Shown: piece after piece, positions 55,805 to 64,000 of the stretch | Layout of the letters: every line of letters starts with the position of its first letter | Numbering within the stretch: position 1 is the first letter of the stretch | NCBI GenBank assembly: GCA_963752155.1 | Contig: CAVVXH010000008.1 | Span: 1-64,000, forward strand | Reading direction: 5' to 3' | DNA from: an uncultured Parachlamydiaceae bacterium | GTDB lineage: Bacteria > Chlamydiota > Chlamydiia > Chlamydiales > Parachlamydiaceae | DNA length: 64,000 nt | Program-made: the position numbers and the translations under genes | Notes under the pieces: model-generated | Databases searched by the model: none | The model's input: only the letters and a program-made list of their open reading frames with translations | What the model was told of the DNA's origin: nothing

Positions 55805-55859
55805 GCTTATGATTTCTCCTCAACTCTTTTCTCCATGAATATCTTTATCCTTAAAAGGC

Positions 55860-56100
55860 TTATTTCTCATCTGTTTTCAATGCAACGTCCACCACGCCAT
55901 TTACTTCAAACATGTCCATGAAGTGTTTATACATTTCTAGCCTGTCTTCTCCTCCGCTGGATGTCAAAAGCAACGCTTGGCCGTACTCTTCAATATCCTG
56001 TACGATTCATTCATGCCGGTAATAAGCTAGGATTACCCTATTGATGTCAGGCTTTCCGTAACCTTTATAAAACAATTCCTCTTCGCGGATTATCCCAAAC
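55860..56100 (-). pseudogene. APH(9)-like phosphotransferase 3' remnant
   Basis: VWDNP..EELFYKGYG..DINRVILAYYRHE*IVQDIEEYGQALL; TGA at 56007-56009. Confidence 0.7.
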
Positions 56101-56363
56101 AGGTCCTTCAATCGCTTTAATGACTACGTTTTCAAATTGGTTTATTTGTATTTCTTCTTTCAATTCATTAGGGTGATGCAAGTAAGCAAAAGAGAAGCCT
56201 TCTGAGATTTTCTCATGCACTCCTGTTTTGAATTCTTGATCAATGAAATTTGAAGTGTTCGATCTTTTTCCAATCTGTTAGAACTAAGCCGTTCTTGCTC
56301 ATTCCCTTCCGAATAATATTTTTCAAGAGCGTGATCTAATTTGTGTTGTTTTGATTTTGCCAT
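56090..56363 (-). pseudogene. Class I SAM methyltransferase remnant with internal deletion
   Basis: YYSEGNEQERL..RLEKDRT head; ELKEEI..AIEGPVW tail; SAM-binding core absent. Confidence 0.5.
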
Positions 56364-56414
56364 TTTTGAACCTCTAATCGATATTTAAACGTTGCCACGC
56401 AGTGAAAGAGCCTA

Positions 56415-58460
56415 TTATTTGTTCAGCATTACTTGTTTTTCTTTTGCTTCATTTGCGTGCATTGTTACTCCTTCAGGGTCCATGTCATGAGAGCGTATAA
56501 CTGCACTGGAGGACTGTATTTCACCCAAAGAAATAGGTTCATAAGCACCTCCTAAAAACTGGGCTAAGAGCCACTCGCTATAAGCTAAATAACACATAAT
56601 ATTATTGAATTTCGTAATGCCATGTCCTTCATCAGGGAAAGAGAGATAGGTGACGGGTAGTTGCTTTTGTTGCATTTTCTCAAAAATCTGGTCGGATTCA
56701 GAAGCTGCAACTATAGGGTCATTAACCCCATGAACAAGTAACAAAGGTTTTTGAATTTTATCTACATGATTTAGAGGAGAACAGCTCTCTAAATAGGGAA
56801 TTTCATTCTCCTTATCTGGGTTGCCTCCCATACTTTTGATAAAAGCATTCTTTGTGAAGTACATCATTTTATCGGAAAGTGGAGATACAGGGAACTCCCA
56901 GTAAAACGGCACTCTATTTAAAACAGTTTTCAAATTTGAAGGACCACATATTGCAACGGCACAGGCAAATACATCTGGAGAAAAAGTAAGACTCGCTAAA
57001 GCCTCATAACCACCATAACTACCTCCAAAGACCGCAACTTTATCTTTATCGGCGATCTTTGAATCGATGCACCATTTTACCGCATCTAGAACATCTTGAT
57101 GTGCTTTTTTCCCCCACTGCCCATTACCAGCATTGACAAAGTCTTTTCCAAATCCGGAAGACAAGCGGAAATTTACGCTTAAAACAGCATACCCACGATT
57201 AGAGAGCCACTGATGATCTGGAGAATATTCATAAATATCGCGAACTTTAAAAGGACCTCCATGAGGAACTACGACTAAAGGAAGAGGTTTTGTAGGTCTG
57301 CCTCCTTGATCCATGTCCTTTGGCAGCGTTAAGTAACTTACTAGATTGAGACCATCATTAGAAGGAATGACTATGGGATACATCTTAGCTAAATTAGCAA
57401 GCTTTGGGAAAGAGTAAAGCTGATAAAGATTTTTTATTGGCCGATTGTACAGCCAATATTCAACACCTTGGTCCGGAATACTATTCTTTAAAATCCAGAA
57501 TTGATAATCACCTGAGTGGTCAAGAATATCGAAATTTACCCCTATCTTACTAGAAAGATAATTAATATCAGCTTTGATTCTTTCGTTAAGAGGATGAAGT
57601 TCTTGGTGTGTAAAGTAAGTAGAGTAGGCTACCGGCTTATTATTTTCAAAATAGACATCTATAATATCGCTTCGTTGGTCTTTTCCTAATAAAATCTCTG
57701 TACGAGTTACATCAAGAAAAATCTTTTTTAGTTGTGTTGTATCGCTCCCCCTATTATCTAAAAGATAAAGAGCATTTTCTTGATCATCAAATCGTAAACA
57801 TTCAGTATGAAAAGCATCTTCCGCAGAAACATTGAAAAGAACACCGTTCTTTTTATCTAACAATGTAAGAGAGCTATCTTCATTCATGCGCACTTTTACA
57901 ACTAAATTTAATTTGTTATCGAAAACAAAATTAATAAATTCATCGTTTTGATAGAACATTTTAAGAGAATCGTTTGCAAAATCTAGTAGGTAGAGATCGT
58001 GAAATTGGGGATTACGATTGTTAATACCAATAACTGCTTTAGAATCTGTTGTGCTGACATAAAATACCTTGGCATTAATATCTTTATATTCAACTGTAAG
58101 ATCCTTAATCTTATGAGAACCTAAGTCAACTGAATATAATCTAAACTGTCCAGTGCCATTAGTATCTTTAAGGAGGAGGATATTTTTATTGTTAGGAAGC
58201 CAATAAAACCCCTTAATTTCAGGTTCTTTAAAATCTGTAATTTGTTGTGCCCCTTCAAGAGAAAGTCCAGGAGTAATATAGAGATTCATCGTCCCTTCTC
58301 TGTCAGCTCCCACATAGGCCAAGCGATGAGAATCAGGACTGATCTTTATTGCCATACATGGAGGTTTTTTGAATAATTCTTCGCGAGGAATTAACTCGCC
58401 AGAGATCAGAGAACAAGGAATTAACAAATTAGCAAGGCCAAATAAAATTTTGTTTTTCAT
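56415..58460 (-). CDS. S9 family peptidase with signal peptide
   Basis: LIPREELF, PHGGP, GGSYGG, HGVNDP, PDEGHG. Confidence 0.92.
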   Translation of the reverse strand: MKNKILFGLANLLIPCSLISGELIPREELFKKPPCMAIKISPDSHRLAYVGADREGTMNLYITPGLSLEGAQQITDFKEPEIKGFYWLPNNKNILLLKDTNGTGQFRLYSVDLGSHKIKDLTVEYKDINAKVFYVSTTDSKAVIGINNRNPQFHDLYLLDFANDSLKMFYQNDEFINFVFDNKLNLVVKVRMNEDSSLTLLDKKNGVLFNVSAEDAFHTECLRFDDQENALYLLDNRGSDTTQLKKIFLDVTRTEILLGKDQRSDIIDVYFENNKPVAYSTYFTHQELHPLNERIKADINYLSSKIGVNFDILDHSGDYQFWILKNSIPDQGVEYWLYNRPIKNLYQLYSFPKLANLAKMYPIVIPSNDGLNLVSYLTLPKDMDQGGRPTKPLPLVVVPHGGPFKVRDIYEYSPDHQWLSNRGYAVLSVNFRLSSGFGKDFVNAGNGQWGKKAHQDVLDAVKWCIDSKIADKDKVAVFGGSYGGYEALASLTFSPDVFACAVAICGPSNLKTVLNRVPFYWEFPVSPLSDKMMYFTKNAFIKSMGGNPDKENEIPYLESCSPLNHVDKIQKPLLLVHGVNDPIVAASESDQIFEKMQQKQLPVTYLSFPDEGHGITKFNNIMCYLAYSEWLLAQFLGGAYEPISLGEIQSSSAVIRSHDMDPEGVTMHANEAKEKQVMLNK

Positions 58461-58543
58461 AACATCTCCGGCTTAGAGTCTCTTAAAATAAGCATTTTTG
58501 CACACGGTTCATAGGAAATTCAAGCAAATTCACTATCGAATTT

Positions 58544-58745
58544 AAGAAATGCTTCAGTGGTACTTCGAGCTCGATCAACGCCCTCTGCATCAGCATGTAT
58601 AGTCGAAGCCACTTGAACAAAGAGATTGGCCAATGGCATATCCACACCATCACAAATTAAACGCTTAATACTTGCTGCATAATCATTCTTCCAAGCCGGG
58701 TCAACTGGGAGTGGTGCTTGGGTCGGCCGCCCGGGAGTTGCGCTG
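58544..58745 (-). pseudogene. Crumb of a second primase-helicase-DUF559 gene
   Basis: Ungapped homology to 18700-18901 with many third-position changes. Confidence 0.9.
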
Positions 58746-58759
58746 AAAAACAAAGTTCT

Positions 58760-60246
58760 TCAATAAGAGTTTTCTGATTTATAAGCCGTAAGCCACAATT
58801 CGGCCTTTCGAATTTTGGGGATGATGGCACTTTCGTTTTTACTGAAAATTTTCATCAAAGCTAAAGTGCGGTAATTTGACGAAAATAAAGGTTGATGTTT
58901 TTGAAGAAAACGCCAAAAAAGACCATCCCATATCTCTGTCCACTCACCTTTAGGGTAGTTACTCATTTTTGTAATATAATTAGAAGAGGCAATATAAGGT
59001 TTAGTGACAATAGTGCCTCCATCGGCATATTGACTCATCCCAAATACATTGGGTACCATTACCCAGTCATAAGCATCTACAAAATTTGCCATAAACCATT
59101 TATAAATTTCTTGCGGTGAAATTTCTGTCAGCAATAAAAAATTCCCTAAAACCATCAGACGCTCAATATGATTGCAGTATCCGGTTTTTAAAACCCTTTT
59201 AATGATGGTGTCGATAGGTAAAATGCCAATAGCGCCTTTCCAGAACTTCTCAGGAATGCTCTCATGATGATTAAAAAAATTAAATGAACGTTGAAATGAA
59301 CCTTTAAAAATATAGGAAGCTCGTACAAATTCTCTCCAGCCCATAATTTGTCGCAAAAAGCCCTCCAGCGAATTTATAGGAATCGAATGTTTTTCAGCAT
59401 GATGGATGGCAGCTTGAATCACTTCAAGGGGAGTCAGAAGGCCAATATTTAATAAAGGGGAGAGCACGCTATGAAAAAGAAAAGAGTCTTCTTTTTGAAT
59501 AGCATCTTGATAGGCACCGAATAGTGGTAGTTTATTTTTTAAAAAAGTCTGAAGTGCCTCGTGAGCCTCTTTATGAGTTGTTGGATATAAAAAGGGAGAA
59601 ACCTCCCCAATAGCATCAGGAAATTCCCTTTCCACTTCTGCAATCACCTTTTCAATATATCGGTTTTGGCAAGGGAGAAACATAGAGGGAATAGGAAGAT
59701 CTTTAGGAATTTTTTTTCTATTTTCGATATCGAAGCTATATTTACCTCCGACTGGATTTTTGCCTTGCATCAGGATATCCAAGGTTTTTCTGTTGGTAAG
59801 CATAAAACTGGGCCATTGAATAATGCTCTTTATTACAAAAAAGGCCCTTAAGTCAAAGCTGGAATGAGATAAAGCCTGGTGCGGGATAGAAATAAATTTT
59901 CCACCCATATTTTTCCGCCCCTATCGTTAAGATCACGTAGAAGCCATTCATCTGCAAATTCAGCGACGTAAATAGTTTTGATATGCTTTTTACCCAGGAT
60001 ATCAAAAAAATCATCCCCGCTTTGCGAGATCTTTGGAAGGGATATAAAATTAATTTTGGTGCTGCTTGGGAAGCATTTCGGCATAACTGTGCATCGCAGA
60101 TCTTAAGGAGAACCAGTCTTTGTTTGTGAAATAGTTGGACTTTAAAAAAAAGAAACTCTTCCACAAGGTAAATGTGGCGTCCAGAGGCTAAGCAAGGATG
60201 GTGGTAGGAATAATTGGTCTGGAAATATGAGCGTAATATCCGTCAT
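58760..60246 (-). CDS. Bacterial (6-4) photolyase-related (DPRP) protein with multiple 5' frameshifts
   Basis: LIFPDQL, FHKQRL, PVGGKYSFD.ENRK, SLEGFLRQIMGWREF, HIERLM, DAYDWV, TKPY. Confidence 0.85.
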
Positions 60247-60597
60247 GTTCTTACTATGATCCCACTAATCTAAGTCTTGAAGCATCGTTGGCTATCAACA
60301 ACTCCCCGGCCGGGTTATAGCATAATTTACCAGGATGTGGCAAGTCGCTTCGCAAAAAACGAATCTGCTAAAGCACATGCCCCATCAAGGACAACCGAGG
60401 TGATTGATTTTGATAATGTTTTGTCAATCTCTCAAAGACGTTCATAGGGAAATTCTCTTGTTTAAAAGCTGTGTTTCAAGCGGTGGGAAAAGAGCGTCGA
60501 GCCATTGAATGGCAAGAGCTTCTTCTTCTTAAAGAACAGTTTCAACTAAGCATGGGAGCTATTTGCTATCGTCTTAAAGATTTGGGAATCTTTTAAA

Positions 60598-61055
60598 GCG
60601 CCTTGCCATTGGTGCCTGACCTGATATTCTGACATTTGCCTACAATGATAACGTAACCTCCCAGGAGGGCAAATGTCAGAATGTCAGGTCTGGAACCAAG
60701 GCTAAACGTTACCTCTCAGAATTTAGTATCTTGTTATTAATTGAAAACGACGCTTTTTTCAGTTGCGTAAATCTTGGGGGTAAGGGACTGTGCAATAATA
60801 ACTTGTATGATTGGGCAACGCGAAAGCTCCCGTGGTTAAGCGATCGAAAGTGACCCCATATTATAATATGGGGTCACTTTCGATCGCTTAACCACGGGGC
60901 TTTGGCGCAGCCCAATCGTGCAAGTTATTGTTGCACAGTCCCTAACGTTTCAGCCTTGGTTCCAGACCTGACATTCTGACATTTGCCCTTTAGGAAGCAA
61001 TGTTATCGCATCGGCAAATGTCAGAATATCAGGTCTGGAACCAATGGCAAGGCGC
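60598..61055. mobile_element. Nested palindrome complex: two inverted self-complementary ~113-bp units around inner elements
   Basis: 60598-60711 is an inverted copy of 60943-61055; each is a hairpin by itself. Confidence 0.8.
60784..60942. mobile_element. 159-bp palindromic MITE-like element with TAA direct repeats
   Basis: TAA-GGGACTGTGCAA...TTGCACAGTCCC-TAA; 70-bp perfect loopless core at 60829-60898. Confidence 0.8.
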
Positions 61056-61417
61056 GAACTTGTTATTTAGGAGAGCCGGGAATAGAAATTCCTTCAGAAA
61101 AAGATCATGCCTTTAACCAAATGCTGTTTCATGCTCTTGGTGAAGAATATATTGGGGAACCAAAAGCCGCAGAACTGTTAACTTGACCTCAGTTATTTTT
61201 CGACTCCCTTATGAGATCGCAGTTTCTGATATCCTATTTGAATTTGCTCTCGAAAAACCTTTAAACGTTGGAGATTCAGATTGTTAGTCCTTAGCTAATT
61301 TTTCAATAACATTATTTCCATCTCGTCTTAAATTGCTGTAACAGTGTATAGTAAGTCTGCTACCTTCGTTTTTTTGCATATTTTCTTAATCATTAACCAA
61401 AACGAATCTTTGTAATC

Positions 61418-62401
61418 ATGAGTATTATTTCTGTCGATTCTCTGTCGAAAGAATTTCTTGTTCCAAAACGCAAGCATGGATTTTTTGGAAATTTAGCGTC
61501 ACTTTTTAAACGAGAATATGTAAAAAAGACCGCCCTTGACCGAATTAGTTTTGATATCAATGAGGGAGAATTGGTTGGGTTCATAGGCCCAAACGGTGCA
61601 GGTAAAAGCACAATGGTAAAAATCTTATCTGGCATCTTGGTCCCAAACAGCGGTAGTGTCAAAGTCTTGGATAGAATCCCATGGGAGCATCGAATTGAAA
61701 CAGTGGGCCAACTAGGGGTCGTTTTTGGACAACGTACACAACTGTGGTGGGATCTCCCTGTTATTGAGTCATTCGAGTTGCTAAAAGACATTTACAACAT
61801 TTCTGATAAGGAATACAAAACGACTCTTCATTCCCTCTCAGAAGTTCTTGAATTGTCAAAATTGATGCATGTGCCAGTCCGTCAATTGAGTTTAGGGCAA
61901 CGGATGCGCTGCGATATTGCCGCTTCACTACTGCACTCGCCCAAAATCCTATTTTTAGACGAACCGACAATAGGTTTAGATGCTGTCAGCAAGTTAGCAG
62001 TTCGCGACTTCGTTCGTCATCTTAACAAAGAACGTAACGTAACAGTTTTGCTCACAACGCACGATATGGATGATATCGAGTCTCTATGCAGTCGTGTGAT
62101 TATACTAAACGAGGGTCAAATTTACTTGGATGGTACATTGTCGACTTTGCGCAAAAAGTTGTCTCCTGAACGTCGACTGATTGTAGATTTGATTGACGAA
62201 AATGACACAGTATCTGACCCATATGCCATGCTTATTAAGCAAGAAGGACATCGCGTCTGGTTAAGTTTTGACCCAACAAAGATTACAACTACTGAATTGA
62301 TTACACGCATTACCTCGAAACATTCTATAAGTGATTTGTATGTCGAAAATCCGTCTATACAGGAAATTATCGCAAAATTTTACAGAAATACGAATCTATG
62401 A
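61418..62401 (+). CDS. ABC-2 type transporter ATP-binding protein
   Basis: GPNGAGKST, GQRTQLWWD, LSLGQRMR, LFLDEPT. Confidence 0.93.
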   Translation: MSIISVDSLSKEFLVPKRKHGFFGNLASLFKREYVKKTALDRISFDINEGELVGFIGPNGAGKSTMVKILSGILVPNSGSVKVLDRIPWEHRIETVGQLGVVFGQRTQLWWDLPVIESFELLKDIYNISDKEYKTTLHSLSEVLELSKLMHVPVRQLSLGQRMRCDIAASLLHSPKILFLDEPTIGLDAVSKLAVRDFVRHLNKERNVTVLLTTHDMDDIESLCSRVIILNEGQIYLDGTLSTLRKKLSPERRLIVDLIDENDTVSDPYAMLIKQEGHRVWLSFDPTKITTTELITRITSKHSISDLYVENPSIQEIIAKFYRNTNL

Positions 62402-63186
62402 AGGCATATCTTGCGATACTTTATGCCCGTATGGCAACGCTCTTTCAATACCGTGGTGCTGCTTTCGCTGGGGTGGCTACGCAAATATTTTGGGCCATTA
62501 TTAAAACTATGATTCTTACAGCGTTCTATGCTCAGAATTCTGTTTTACAGCCTATCACCCTAACTCAAGCTATCACATTCATATGGCTAGGACAGGCCTT
62601 ACTGGCATTATTACCATGGAACATCGACAAAGAGCTTGAAGCGCAGGTCAAAAACGGCAATGTATCTTATGAACTTGTACGGCCTATAAATCTTTATTCC
62701 CTTTGGTATGCCAGAGCTTTTGCTATAAGAACAGTCCCAACTATTATGCGTTGTATACCAGTATTCATGGTTGCAATACTGTTTTTCGGGCTATCTGCAG
62801 TTTCTTGGGCTGCTTCACTGACTTTTGGAATTTCACTAATTTTGGGTGCTTTCCTGTCGGCTGCTATCACTACATTAATTATCATTAGCCTTTTTTGGAC
62901 TATTTCAGGCGAAGGTATTCAGCGTCTGATGCCTCACGTAGCTCTCCTTTTATCTGGCTTAATCGTACCTTTACCACTATTTCCTGAATGGCTTCAACCT
63001 TTTCTAAACCTTCAGCCCTTCAGAGGGGTCATAGACATTCCTAGCAGGCTATACACTGGAGTAATTCCAATTCAAGAATCTTCTTATTATTTAGGATTCC
63101 AACTGCTTTGGATTTTGATTTTGGTTGGAGTTGGTAGGTGGCTAATGAGTCGCGCTTTAAGACAAATTGTAATTCAGGGCGGATGA
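62398..63186 (+). CDS. ABC-2 transporter permease
   Basis: QYR, GNVSYELVRP, LSGLIVPLPLFPEW, IQGG end. Confidence 0.9.
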   Translation: MKAYLAILYARMATLFQYRGAAFAGVATQIFWAIIKTMILTAFYAQNSVLQPITLTQAITFIWLGQALLALLPWNIDKELEAQVKNGNVSYELVRPINLYSLWYARAFAIRTVPTIMRCIPVFMVAILFFGLSAVSWAASLTFGISLILGAFLSAAITTLIIISLFWTISGEGIQRLMPHVALLLSGLIVPLPLFPEWLQPFLNLQPFRGVIDIPSRLYTGVIPIQESSYYLGFQLLWILILVGVGRWLMSRALRQIVIQGG

Positions 63187-63189
63187 TTC

Positions 63190-63981
63190 ATGGACAAGCT
63201 TCGACTTTTTTTCAAACTAATCGCAATTTCATTCAAGTCTCAAATGCAGCACCGCGCTTCTTTTTTGATGCTGATTTCTACATATTTTTTGTCGACATTT
63301 ATTGATATTATTGGGATATGGGTACTTTTTGACAGATTTGAAATGGTTCAAGGATGGTCATTAAAAGAAGTAGCAGTCATTTACGGAATTATGCATATAG
63401 GATTTTCAATTCCTGAAGCTTTTGCAAGAGGTTTTGATAATTTTGGATTGTTAATCAGAAATGGCGATTTCGACAGAGTATTGCTCAGACCTCTTGGTAC
63501 TTTATTCCAAATGGCTTCTCGAGAAATTCAATGGATGCGTCTTGGGCGTTTATTGCAAGGGTGCATCATTTTGGCGTGGGGCTGCTTAGAACTTCAATTT
63601 TCTTTGAGCTCTCTACATATCCTGATTATATTTTTAGCTATCTTAGGTACCGCAGCAGTCTTTTATGGACTTTTTATTCTGCAAGCTACGTTGACATTCT
63701 GGACTACTGAAACTCTAGAATTAATGAATATCACTACTTTTGGAGGTCTTGAGGTTGGACAATACCCTATCAGCATCTACAATCCTATCTTGCGAGGATT
63801 TTTTACTTTTATTATCCCTTTGGCATGTGTGGCCTATTACCCAATTGCCACTGCATTGAATCATGAAACAATTCCTATGTGGCTTGGGACTATTGCTCCG
63901 TTGGGTGGCCTTGTATTCCTTTATTTTTCCATCAAGCTATGGAAACTGGGCGTTCGACATTACAGTTCAACAGGAAGCTAG
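63190..63981 (+). CDS. ABC-2 transporter permease (DUF990-like)
   Basis: GDFDRVLLRP, QYPISIY, YSSTGS end. Confidence 0.9.
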   Translation: MDKLRLFFKLIAISFKSQMQHRASFLMLISTYFLSTFIDIIGIWVLFDRFEMVQGWSLKEVAVIYGIMHIGFSIPEAFARGFDNFGLLIRNGDFDRVLLRPLGTLFQMASREIQWMRLGRLLQGCIILAWGCLELQFSLSSLHILIIFLAILGTAAVFYGLFILQATLTFWTTETLELMNITTFGGLEVGQYPISIYNPILRGFFTFIIPLACVAYYPIATALNHETIPMWLGTIAPLGGLVFLYFSIKLWKLGVRHYSSTGS

Positions 63982-64000
63982 CTTCTGAAAACCAAGTATC

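Larger units (their letters stand above)
60462..61186 (+). pseudogene. ImmA/IrrE-family protein 3' remnant split by the palindrome complex
   Basis: GKERRAIEWQELLLLKEQFQLSMGAICYRLKDLGI (60462-60590) and EPG..FNQMLFHALGEEYIGEPKAAELL (61070-61186). Confidence 0.65.

Noticed and set aside
27735..61055. Palindromes as integron attC sites
   Set aside because: No consistent RYYYAAC/GTTRRRY boxes, no uniform cassette orientation and no intI
29580..61055. Palindromes as pure amplification fold-back artefacts
   Set aside because: Symmetric internal mismatches, 3-bp target duplications and homology between two distant elements argue against it; read-level confirmation is still needed
60983..61186. 67-aa ORF as a real gene
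   Set aside because: Its first half is palindrome sequence and its second half the ImmA relic
46..62888. Numerous short antisense or overlapping ORFs in the track (e.g. 46-258, 23018-23443, 26522-26998, 30536-30898, 61393-61791)
   Set aside because: Shadows of well-supported genes with no recognisable motifs
1..64000. CRISPR array, retron/DGR or group II intron
   Set aside because: No regularly spaced repeat-spacer array, cas gene or reverse transcriptase motif seen

Overview
AT-rich bacterial DNA. The gene content and orphan ORFs suggest an environmental chlamydia (Parachlamydiales-like); this is inference only. The window is a plasticity zone. It holds hydrolases, oxidoreductases, transporters, a fermentation/stress cluster (ackA, xfp remnant, mgtA, ppsA, acyl-CoA transferase, GH39, GH144-like), and defence-like genes (primase-helicase-DUF559 fusion, AbiEi, RloA-like ATPase, ImmA+PIN relics). 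Four patterns stand out. (1) At least six long rod-like palindromic elements occur, with no intact transposase in the window. Two (27735-27820 and 60784-60942) are diverged members of one TAA-duplicating MITE-like family, and one is nested in a 458-bp Russian-doll palindrome. (2) A decayed tRNA(CAU) 3' fragment (att-like) at 17779-17820 has an island-side flank that recurs at 55728-55804, suggesting serial integration of related islands. (3) Many 40-200-bp gene crumbs have homologs elsewhere in the window. (4) Deletions fuse gene heads to gene tails. Many frameshifts are single-base insertions and may be long-read errors, whereas nonsense codons and large deletions look like real decay. No CRISPR array, rRNA, intact tRNA, integrase or reverse transcriptase was seen. 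Family assignments come from motif recognition, not database searches.
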